Source of the DNA: Oscillospiraceae bacterium
Lineage (GTDB): Bacteria; Bacillota; Clostridia; Oscillospirales; Oscillospiraceae
Direction of reading: 5' to 3'
DNA: 64,000 bases
NCBI GenBank assembly: GCA_020025175.1
Contig: JAHHSM010000002.1
Location: 6,984 to 70,983 of the forward strand
This document shows, piece by piece, positions 39,655 through 47,261 of the stretch. The position numbers were made by a program, and so were the translations under genes. Within the stretch, counting starts at the first letter, position 1. Each line of letters begins with the position of its first letter. The notes under the pieces were generated by a model. It was given only the letters and a program-made list of their open reading frames with translations. It ran no database searches and was not told the DNA's origin.

Positions 39655-40038
39655 ATGTGTAATTCTGAGCGTAATAGCTCTCGCTCAAAAGTAGGAAGTA
39701 TAGATATTGTGGAAGAACCTCTGAATTTTCAGAAGGTATTTTTCAAGAAGGTAACGGAGAAACGTAAGGAACTAAACATCTTTCAAGAAGAACTTGCACA
39801 ACGTGCCGAGGTATCTGTAGATACTATCAAGCGCTATGAGCGTGATGTGGCAAAAAATATCTACTTTAATACAGCTTGCCGCATTGCTGCAGCGTTGAAG
39901 ATAGCCTTGGGATCTTGGCTTCCAGCAGCTTATTTCGAAAATCCTGTTTTAATTAATTATGCTATTCAGCATTTAGAATCAATTTCTACAGATGTTCATA
40001 AAATGCGTGAGCTTTTGGAAAATGAAGTGGAAAGATAA
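39655..40038 (+). CDS. XRE-family helix-turn-helix regulator
   Basis: HTH segment RKELNIFQEELAQRAEVSVDTIKRYERDV. About 127 aa. Confidence 0.7.
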   Translation: MCNSERNSSRSKVGSIDIVEEPLNFQKVFFKKVTEKRKELNIFQEELAQRAEVSVDTIKRYERDVAKNIYFNTACRIAAALKIALGSWLPAAYFENPVLINYAIQHLESISTDVHKMRELLENEVER

Positions 40039-40195
40039 TTTTTTTCAATAAATAGTGAAAGGGTTACACTTTAAGGTGTAACCTCTTCACTGGTGCAGTG
40101 TATCATTTGAGATTATACTGAGAGTAGATCATGATCAGAATGGCTGTGGGTCGATCATCCCACAACAATTTTATCAAATTTAAGGAGGAAAACTC

Positions 40196-40514
40196 TATGA
40201 AACTGAATGAACTTATTATTGACCCTAAGAGCCTGGGCAACAAGCTTTGGCTTGTGGATGTAGGTCTTGCTTATGTGTATGCCAATGGACAGCGCACGGA
40301 TGCTATCTCCGGTTATCGCTATACCATCGCCCTTCCTGAAAAGGGTCTGGATAAAATTAATATCAAGATTGACGGCGATCAGCGGATGGATTCGCCTAAT
40401 GGATATACGGAGGTTCGTTTTGATGGACTTGAGGTGTTTTTGCAGTGATCTCGCGGCGATTACATTGTTGCGGGTCGTGCCACAGGCATCCATTCTGTAA
40501 ACAGTAAAAATTAA
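40196..40514 (+). pseudogene. Conjugative-element small protein (DUF961-like, tentative) with an in-frame TGA
   Basis: The ATG follows AAGGAGGAA. The 83-aa ORF ends at the TGA at 40446..40448, but the same frame continues for 21 sense codons (SRGDYIVAGRATGIHSVNSKN*) to 40514. Confidence 0.4.
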
Positions 40515-40520
40515 TGCATG

Positions 40521-40579
40521 GGCGGCGGTGGCGGCAGCGCCGCCGTTGCCATAAGGGTTAGTATTACCCTTATGGCAAC
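40521..40579. other. Two adjacent strong hairpins (possible oriT/sso-like site or terminator)
   Basis: The first is GGCGGCG-N10-CGCCGCC (40521..40544). The second is a perfect 14-bp stem GTTGCCATAAGGGT-TAGTATT-ACCCTTATGGCAAC (40545..40579). They are followed by a direct ATGTAGC ATGTAGC repeat. Confidence 0.4.
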
Positions 40580-40612
40580 CATGTAGCATGTAGCACAACA
40601 AAGGAGGTTATT

Positions 40613-41016
40613 ATGAATAATAATGCGATCTTCCGTCCGAAAAGGAGGAAGAGGCACCAGAAATGTTCAAGCTTATTCAAAATCTCCGGGCAGGTGAACC
40701 CATTATGGAGATTTTAGAGGAAAATCCTAAGCTGGCATTTAAAATCCGTGATATCGAGGTGTTGCGCCAAACGATTTTAGCAGAGAAGTACAGTGTGGAA
40801 CTCCGGCATGTGGATGTGAGCTATATTTACGGAAGCACCGGAACGGGCAAGACCTGGGGTATCTTCAAGCAGAATGAGGCCAAAGAAATTTTCCGCATTA
40901 CCAACTATAACGGAGGAAACGGTGTCCGCTTTGATGCTTATCACTGTCAGGATATTCTGGTGTTTGAGGAATTTCATGGGCAGATTCCCATTGCGGATAT
41001 GCTGAATTATTTGTAG
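40613..41016 (+). pseudogene. Fragmented replication/SF3-helicase-like P-loop protein
   Basis: An RBS-led ATG at 40613 opens a 33-codon frame. A second frame (40663..41016) encodes Walker A GSTGTGKT and a Walker B-like ILVFEEF and stops abruptly. This pattern fits a frameshifted and truncated Rep-type gene. Confidence 0.4.
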
Positions 41017-41048
41017 TTCTGGGAACTCCCTCAAACAGTGCGGTAACT

Positions 41049-41859
41049 AGAGAGGAACTGCTGAAAACAGGGCTTGTAAACAACGCAGGAGAAGTCCCCG
41101 TTCTGATTTCTAAGAAAAACGATCCGGAAAATTCCAGATTGATGATTTTAGAATTTGATCCTTGCGGAATACCACTGAGCGAATGGGAAGATAAGCAAGC
41201 ACACATCGAGGCTGCATTGAATATTACCATTGCAAAGATATTCTGGCGTAACGGGAAGAAAATCATTTGCGTTTATGCTGTCCCTGCAAAGGATGACTTT
41301 GCAGAAATACTCCCTTGGAAAGAAGAATATCTTTCTTCGCGGAACTTTACATTAGTGCTTGGTGAAAGCATGATCGGAACTGTAACTGTCAGTCTGACAC
41401 GCACCCCGCATATCTTGTTGGGCGGCTCTGCCGGCAGTGGGAAAAGTGTGCTGCTGAAATTGATGCTGATGCAGGCGTTGAAAAAGGGTGCAAATGTATA
41501 TATTGCGGATTTTAAGGGAGGTGTGGATTTTCCACCTATTTGGCATCAAAAATGCCGGATGTGCTTTGAGGAGCAGGATTTGCTGGATCTGCTGAGCAAA
41601 CTTGCAGACGAATTGCAGCATTGCAAGGAATTGTTTAGCATGATCGGATGCCAATATTCTGCCGGGTCAAATCAAGAACAATATGGATTGCTGCATCTGC
41701 GGCAGGGCGGATAACGTGCTGTCCCGGATCATTCTGGACAATACCGCTGCTGCAGATATGATCCCCAAAGATACCAGCGGACGATTTCTCCTTCAGGATG
41801 GAACAATATTTCGGGCCTATTGGTTTGAGGAATCCACACTACGGACAGGCCACAGCTAA
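41049..41859 (+). pseudogene. FtsK/SpoIIIE-family conjugative DNA translocase remnant (Tn916 orf21-like)
   Basis: Walker A LLGGSAGSGKSVLL and ADFKGGVDF are present. The N-terminal TM region is absent. The frame breaks at 41712, and the conserved C-terminal piece (DTSGRFLLQDGTIFRAYWF) continues in the +1 frame to 41859. The central ATPase part is missing. Confidence 0.7.
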
Positions 41860-41945
41860 TGGTCCTCAGCTATTTTACCAAGATAGGCATATCTGTGCAT
41901 CCTGCATCATAGGATAAAACACAGAACAGGGAGGTGGTCAAGCCA

Positions 41946-42146
41946 TTGAAAAAAGTAAAACTGAATTATCGGTTTCACAATCCGAATACGGTGGAGACCA
42001 CCGCCGATTACATAGCGAAGATTTTTGTAGAGTCAAATCGCAGAAAAGTGGAATCTCTTCTGAGCCATCATCAAACTGTCCAAAAAGAATCCATACAAAA
42101 AGAGGATCCTGCGCTTGTACATACGCCGGATAAGGAAGTCATTTAG
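41946..42146 (+). CDS. Small hypothetical protein of the kind common in Firmicute integrative elements
   Basis: The TTG start follows GGGAGG. The product is (M)KKVKLNYRFHNPNTVETTADYIAKIFVE.... I cannot name the family. Confidence 0.35.
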   Translation: MKKVKLNYRFHNPNTVETTADYIAKIFVESNRRKVESLLSHHQTVQKESIQKEDPALVHTPDKEVI

Positions 42147-42285
42147 AAAACACGAAAATGTTTCATCCGGCAATGCAAGGCGATACAAAAAAGAATTCCC
42201 AGAAAGGTTCAAATCAGAATAAACTTAACAGTCAGGCTCTGAGAGGACACTCAGGGTCTTTGTTTATCAAATTTTGAAAAGCATC

Positions 42286-42337
42286 TTGACTGCCGAGAAC
42301 TACAGATGTAGTATATGTGTAGATACTACAGATGTAG
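42286..42337 (+). promoter_or_regulatory. Promoter with two BlaI/MecI-type operator dyads
   Basis: Promoter TTGACT-N17-TAGTAT. The dyad CTACAGATGTAG (TACA/TGTA half-sites) occurs twice, at 42300..42311 and 42326..42337, overlapping the -10 region and the leader. Confidence 0.55.
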
Positions 42338-42348
42338 GAGGCGACGAG

Positions 42349-42711
42349 ATGAAGTTATCCGAAAGAGAATGGACGGTTCTGGATGCCCTCTGGAAAACGG
42401 GAGAAGCAGAACTGGGAGCGATCGTAGAGATGCTCCTGCCTGCTACAGGCTGGAACCGCAACACTGTCCTGACATACCTGACCCGCATGGAAGCCAAAGG
42501 ATTGGTGACCATTAAAAAAGATGCAGCACCCCACAGGTATCTGGCCAGCCTGAATCGAGAAGACTGTCAGGCGCAGGCTCGTCAGAGTTTTTTGAAGCGG
42601 GTGTACAGAGGTTCTGCCAGCGATATGATTGCAGCATTTCTCAAGGAAGAGCCCATATCACAAGAGGATCGGGATCATCTGCGGAAGCTGCTGGATGAAA
42701 TGGAGGTGTAA
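42349..42711 (+). CDS. BlaI/MecI/CopY-family transcriptional repressor
   Basis: Winged-helix product MKLSEREWTVLDALW...GWNRNTVLTYLTRMEAKGLV. Confidence 0.85.
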   Translation: MKLSEREWTVLDALWKTGEAELGAIVEMLLPATGWNRNTVLTYLTRMEAKGLVTIKKDAAPHRYLASLNREDCQAQARQSFLKRVYRGSASDMIAAFLKEEPISQEDRDHLRKLLDEMEV

Positions 42712-42714
42712 TCT

Positions 42715-44643
42715 ATGAGAGATATATGGGCATTTCTCATAGTCACGCTGACTGTCTCGGGTGTTGCTGCGGTTTTGCTGATTGTGAAATGGCTTCTGAA
42801 GGATAAGCTTTCTCCCAGATGGCAGTTTTCTGCGTGGCTGGTGGTATTGCTGGCAGCTTTGATTCCGGTTGGCAGCAGGTATATTCTTTTTGATTGGCCG
42901 CTGGTGGTGGAAGCAGTCAAATCCCTGCTAACCGGGGATTATGCCGTAACCAAAATCCTTGCATCGGTCCCCATGCTGCCGGAAGCTGCCCCCAGCAGTG
43001 CAGCAGATTGGATTTTTGTGATTTATTTTGCAGGTGCAGTTCTGCTGTTTGCCCACTATGTTTTTTCCTATGTCAGACTTCGCTTTTTCCTGAAAAAAGG
43101 GGAAACGCCAGCGGATGCCATTAAGACGCAAATAAAACAGGTAGAGGAAACATATGGACTTCAATGCTGCAAAGCAGTCATGGTTCCAAATCTTGAATCT
43201 GCATTTGTCTGCGGATTGTTTCGCCCAATTCTGGTCCTGCCGGAGGATCGGGACACCAATGAAAAAGTTTTGCTCCATGAGATGCTGCACTTAAAATACT
43301 GGGATGTGACCTGGGGCTGGGTGATTTGCCTGTTTCGCTGTATCCATTGGTGCAATCCATTCCTTTGGTACTGTGCCAATCGGGTGGGCAATGATCTGGA
43401 ATCGCTCTGCGATCAGCGTGTGCTGGAACGGCTGGAGGGCGAACAGCGGAGGGAATACGGACGGATTCTGCTTTCTATGGCCAACGAAAAATATGCCCGG
43501 GCTCCGGGTACTTCTTCTGCAGCCAATGGCGGAAAAAATATCCGTCAACGCATTGAAGCAATTGCCCGGTTTAAACGGTATCCCGAGGGCATGACGCTGG
43601 TTTCCGTCTGTGTTCTGATTGTACTGATGAATCCCATAGCCTATGGATGGGATGCGAGAAGCTTGGAGTACCATGGTGCGATTCAGATGCAATCTGCCCT
43701 TGCGGCGGCCCGTTTGACAGACTGCACCACCCTTGCAGGCGCGGCGGACTGCTATGGAAAAGCGCTGCTGCGCAATGAGCGCGTTTACCGCATTCTCTGC
43801 GCAAACGATCAGGAGCGGGAAGAGATCGCCGCGGAAATGGTACGGCGATCGCAACAAGACATGCCGCCCCGCTGGGACAGCGGCATGCCTAAATCTCTCG
43901 ATCCCTCAGAAGGCTACTTTGTCTATAATCTGCAGCAAAAGAGTCAGGAGCACTATGAAGCGCTCATGGCATTCCATTCCGGAGATCCAACGCAGACGAA
44001 AGAAACGATGGTCATTTATTCCCAAAAGGTTGCTTTCCGAAAAGAGAACGGAAGATGGATTACAGAACCTTTGGAGGAAATGCACCGTCTGGAGCTGACG
44101 GACGTAAACCTGCGCTGGAATTGCAGGGCACTGCCTGCCTACAGACTCGTGGCAGAGGCAGAGGACTTCCGGCTGACGCTGAACTTTCAGAAGAATTTTG
44201 AGGTAGACAATTGGGTGCAATCCTCCGAAAACGGGCCTATTTTTTCTGCCAGTACTCACTTTAATCTGCAGCCGGATCCAAATGCAGAATTTGATGCTGT
44301 CTATCAATTCAGCTGGGCGACCCTTACTTATGTGGGAGAAGATATGGACGCTGTCCATCAGGTGGGAATATCCTATGCTCCCTGGCCCGAAAATCAGGAG
44401 CGGCCGCAGCTGAATGCTCCCGGAGCAGAAACCGGTGCGTGTAGCAGCAGCGATGGCGCTTGCTGGGCCAATGAAATATTACAGAAAGGACGCGATCCGG
44501 TCATAGATCTGGGCGGAGGCGGATACAACGGACCTTTTGATGCTTCGAGTCTGACCATGCCGCAGCGCTATGCTGCAGACCTTTACATTAACGGAAAACT
44601 GGCTGCACAGTTGACCGTCTTACCGGAGGAGGAAGGAATATGA
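42715..44643 (+). CDS. BlaR1/MecR1-like M56 metalloprotease sensor with an unrecognised extracellular domain
   Basis: N-terminal TM helices and the zinc motif LLHEMLHLKYWD. A further TM helix (MTLVSVCVLIVLM) is followed by about 330 aa with no penicillin-binding SxxK/KTG motifs. Confidence 0.8.
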   Translation: MRDIWAFLIVTLTVSGVAAVLLIVKWLLKDKLSPRWQFSAWLVVLLAALIPVGSRYILFDWPLVVEAVKSLLTGDYAVTKILASVPMLPEAAPSSAADWIFVIYFAGAVLLFAHYVFSYVRLRFFLKKGETPADAIKTQIKQVEETYGLQCCKAVMVPNLESAFVCGLFRPILVLPEDRDTNEKVLLHEMLHLKYWDVTWGWVICLFRCIHWCNPFLWYCANRVGNDLESLCDQRVLERLEGEQRREYGRILLSMANEKYARAPGTSSAANGGKNIRQRIEAIARFKRYPEGMTLVSVCVLIVLMNPIAYGWDARSLEYHGAIQMQSALAAARLTDCTTLAGAADCYGKALLRNERVYRILCANDQEREEIAAEMVRRSQQDMPPRWDSGMPKSLDPSEGYFVYNLQQKSQEHYEALMAFHSGDPTQTKETMVIYSQKVAFRKENGRWITEPLEEMHRLELTDVNLRWNCRALPAYRLVAEAEDFRLTLNFQKNFEVDNWVQSSENGPIFSASTHFNLQPDPNAEFDAVYQFSWATLTYVGEDMDAVHQVGISYAPWPENQERPQLNAPGAETGACSSSDGACWANEILQKGRDPVIDLGGGGYNGPFDASSLTMPQRYAADLYINGKLAAQLTVLPEEEGI

Positions 44644-45212
44644 GCGAAAGAGAAAAACTCTATACCGGCGTGTCCAGAGCGGCATGGGGCTGCTTCTTTC
44701 TGTACTTGAATGTAAACCTTAACAGCATCAATCTTCTGCCGAATTTCGTTGGCTATCTGCTGTTCCTGTCTGCAATTTCCCTTCTCAAGGAGCAGGTCAG
44801 AGACCTCGGACTGCTGCGCCCCCTTGGCATCTTGCTGGTAGTCTGGACGGCGGCAGAATGGGCGCTGACCATCATGGGGATTCCGCTGGGAGCGGTTGCA
44901 CCTGTGCTCGCTCTCATTGTGGCGGCAATCAGCCTGTATTTCATTTTTCAGCTGTTTACAGACCTGGCGGTTCTGGCAAAAACCTATCAGAACCAGTGGG
45001 AGAACTACGATCAGAAGCTCATCAAATGGCGTACTGTCCAGGTGCTTTTGAGTATGTTCCTGTATCTGCCGATTCTCAGATGGGCAGTGGGAACGGATTG
45101 GGAACTGTGGATTGCAATTCCTCTGGTAGTCGTCAGCTTCATCACCGGCATCCGGCTGATGACCCTGCTCTTTTCCATGCGCAAATTATTTGCTGCCAAG
45201 CAAACGGAATAG
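44640..45212 (+). CDS. Integral membrane protein, unknown function (coupled to the M56 gene)
   Basis: An ATGA start/stop overlap links it to the upstream gene. 190 aa with about 5 TM helices. Confidence 0.5.
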   Translation: MSEREKLYTGVSRAAWGCFFLYLNVNLNSINLLPNFVGYLLFLSAISLLKEQVRDLGLLRPLGILLVVWTAAEWALTIMGIPLGAVAPVLALIVAAISLYFIFQLFTDLAVLAKTYQNQWENYDQKLIKWRTVQVLLSMFLYLPILRWAVGTDWELWIAIPLVVVSFITGIRLMTLLFSMRKLFAAKQTE

Positions 45213-45305
45213 TGCTGTGATCCGTGGATGTTTCGCTGGTGCCGGGATCTGAAAAATACGATCCGCAATGTGGTGCTTGAAACTCTTGCTGTGCAGGCAA
45301 TCGAA

Positions 45306-45346
45306 GGTACGGTGCAGCCCCTCTTTTGGGCTGCACCGTACCTTTT
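45306..45346 (+). terminator. Rho-independent terminator
   Basis: 15-bp stem GGTACGGTGCAGCCC/GGGCTGCACCGTACC followed by TTTT. Confidence 0.75.
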
Positions 45347-45398
45347 CAAAAACTTTCTTATGAGGGGCAGGCTTTTGCGGAATCCTCGTTTGTATCCC

Positions 45399-45427
45399 TT
45401 GCAAGTTGATTTCTAGTTTTATATAAT
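45399..45427 (+). promoter_or_regulatory. Sigma-A-type promoter of the recombinase gene
   Basis: TTGCAA-N17-TATAAT, about 40 nt upstream of the GTG start. Confidence 0.5.
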
Positions 45428-45468
45428 AGATATACAAGAGCGATTTGGACATGTCAGGGGGTATTTTT

Positions 45469-47217
45469 GTGAAAATTGCCGCATATTGCCGTGTATCTAC
45501 CGAAAAAGAAGACCAGTTGAATAGTCTTGAAGCGCAAAAGAAATTTTTTCAAGAGTACACTGTGCGCACCGGCGATACTTTGGTGCGCCTATATGCAGAC
45601 GAAGGAATTTCCGGCACCAAAACCAAAAACCGGAAAGAATTTTTGCACTTAATGCGGGATGCCGAGCACAACCTCTTTGATATGGTGGTGGTCAAAGACA
45701 TTTCTCGCTTTGCCAGAAATACCGTTGATTTGCTTCAAAATGTGCGGAAATTAAAAGCCTTAGGGATTGAAACCCTGTTCCTTACGGCTAATATGACATC
45801 GATGGGCAACAGTGAGTTTGTCCTGACCATCTTCGGCGCACTTGCGCAGGAAGAAAGCGCCAACACCTCCAAACGCGTAAAGTTCGGGAAAAAAATAAAC
45901 GCAGAAAAAGGTCGTGTTCCAAACATTGTGTATGGCTATAACAAAACTGCCGGGGATTACTTCCGTTTGACGATCAATGAAGAAGAGGCCGCTGTCATCC
46001 GGCAGATTTATCAGTGGTATATCGAAGAAGGGTATGGCACTGCCAAAATTGCCATCATGCTCAACGAGCGCGGGCTGAAAACCAAGCGAAACTGCAACTG
46101 GAACGCAAACGGTGTGGCTAGAATTCTAACCAATGAACTGTATACGGGCAAAATCATTAACGGAAAAGAAGAAGTAAGTGATTTTCTCACCGGCACTCGC
46201 ATAGAAAAAAGCGCTGATGAATGGTTGGTGACTGATCGATCAGAACTGCAGATTATTGACCCCGAAGTTCAGAATCAAGCAAGAGAGATTATGCAGTCTC
46301 GCGGAAACAGTTTCAAACTGGATCGGAAACGAGAGAGCAATAAATATCTTTTCTCTACCCTGATCAAATGCAAAGAGTGCGGATGGTCTTTCCGCCGCAC
46401 AGTCCGCACCTACAAAAATACCTATATCCGCTGGGTCTGCTCCGGCCACAACGGTCGGGGCGCCGATAGCTGCCCCAATGCAATTGCTGTGGACGAGAAC
46501 GAGCTGATTGCGGTTTTGGAGGCATACTTTGCCAATATTTTAAAAGCAAAGAAAAATATCATTCGCTATGTCGTCGGCGAATTCAACCGTACCTATAAGG
46601 CGAAAAGCGAAAATAGATCATACGAAAAAGAACTTCGGGACAAGCTGTCCAAGATGGAAAAGACCCGCCAGAAATACATGGATATGTATACGGATGATCT
46701 GATTTCCCGTGAGGAACTGAACACTAAAATCGGTTGGATGCGTAAAGAAATGGAGCACATGGAAAATGATCTGCATCTGATCGAATTAAACATCGAGAAA
46801 AGCGACCAGCTGGAAGAATTGATTCAATGCACATTTTCCACCATCGAAACTATTGCAGATGTACGCACTATGAGCAATGCGCAGCTGAAAAAAATTATTA
46901 AAAAAATTGAAGTGGATAAAGATGGGAATGTCGATATCTATCTCCGGCTGCTGGGTGATTTAGGCTTAGATGACGAAGTTTTGGTGCAGCTGAACAATGA
47001 TGTGATAAATTTGGATCAGGCCGCCGGAGAAGCGTTCGATTTATCCACTACCGTACATAAAGATCTTTCTGATCGCTTACCGAAATTTAATCGCACGCTC
47101 TATTTGCAGGTGAAGGAAGTGCTGGATGTCAACAAGGCACAGCGCCATATTCGAGGTGGGCTGGCCACGAAGGAAAAATATCTCCATCAGGCACAGGAAG
47201 CTGCCCGGCATCGCTAA
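45469..47217 (+). CDS. Large serine recombinase, fused in frame across attR to the SpoIIID C-terminal 52 aa
   Basis: Resolvase domain VKIAAYCRVSTEKEDQLNSLEAQ...VVVKDISRFARN, a recombinase domain, the zinc ribbon CKECGW...WVCSGH and a coiled coil. There is no stop before 47217. The last 52 aa, KDLSDRLP...RHIRGGLATKEKY, are SpoIIID sequence. GTG start after AGGGGG; the longest-ORF start is 45445. Confidence 0.9.
   Translation: MKIAAYCRVSTEKEDQLNSLEAQKKFFQEYTVRTGDTLVRLYADEGISGTKTKNRKEFLHLMRDAEHNLFDMVVVKDISRFARNTVDLLQNVRKLKALGIETLFLTANMTSMGNSEFVLTIFGALAQEESANTSKRVKFGKKINAEKGRVPNIVYGYNKTAGDYFRLTINEEEAAVIRQIYQWYIEEGYGTAKIAIMLNERGLKTKRNCNWNANGVARILTNELYTGKIINGKEEVSDFLTGTRIEKSADEWLVTDRSELQIIDPEVQNQAREIMQSRGNSFKLDRKRESNKYLFSTLIKCKECGWSFRRTVRTYKNTYIRWVCSGHNGRGADSCPNAIAVDENELIAVLEAYFANILKAKKNIIRYVVGEFNRTYKAKSENRSYEKELRDKLSKMEKTRQKYMDMYTDDLISREELNTKIGWMRKEMEHMENDLHLIELNIEKSDQLEELIQCTFSTIETIADVRTMSNAQLKKIIKKIEVDKDGNVDIYLRLLGDLGLDDEVLVQLNNDVINLDQAAGEAFDLSTTVHKDLSDRLPKFNRTLYLQVKEVLDVNKAQRHIRGGLATKEKYLHQAQEAARHR
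47048..47059. repeat. attR core (CTACCGTACATA)
   Basis: Identical to 32678..32689. SpoIIID similarity resumes immediately after it. Confidence 0.85.
47060..47217 (+). pseudogene. spoIIID: spoIIID 3' segment (codons 39-90)
   Basis: KDLSDRLPKFNRTLYLQVKEVLDVNKAQRHIRGGLATKEKYLHQAQEAARHR* aligns with B. subtilis KDLTERLPEINPDLANEVKEILDYHKSIRHLRGGEATKLKY. It is in frame with the 5' segment once the element is removed. Confidence 0.9.
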
Positions 47218-47261
47218 AAAACGTGGGAACCTGTTTTTCTGTACAGATTCCCACGTTTTTC
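47216..47261 (+). terminator. Native spoIIID terminator
   Basis: ACGTGGGAA-loop-TTCCCACGT followed by T5, directly after the TAA. Confidence 0.7.

Larger units (their letters stand above)
32678..47059 (+). mobile_element. 14.37-kb intervening/integrative element inserted in spoIIID (large-serine-recombinase type)
   Basis: The element is bounded by 12-bp direct repeats 14,370 bp apart. The flanks reconstitute an intact 90-aa spoIIID. It carries a serine recombinase at its right end plus RM, ICE-remnant and BlaI/BlaR cargo, and it is visibly more AT-rich in places. Confidence 0.88.

Noticed and set aside
45445-45468. An ATG at 45445 as the recombinase start (MDMSGGIF...)
   Set aside because: The GTG at 45469 is preceded by AGGGGG at suitable spacing and yields the canonical resolvase N-terminus (V/M)KIAAYCRVST. 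The upstream ATG has no RBS. The difference is only 8 codons.
32678-47059. The possibility that the 12-bp repeat CTACCGTACATA is a chance match and the two SpoIIID-like pieces are unrelated fragments
   Set aside because: The repeat sits exactly where similarity to SpoIIID ends and resumes. The two halves are in the same orientation and join in frame into a protein of the expected length (90 aa versus 93 aa in B. subtilis). A serine recombinase gene abuts one junction. Coincidence is not credible.
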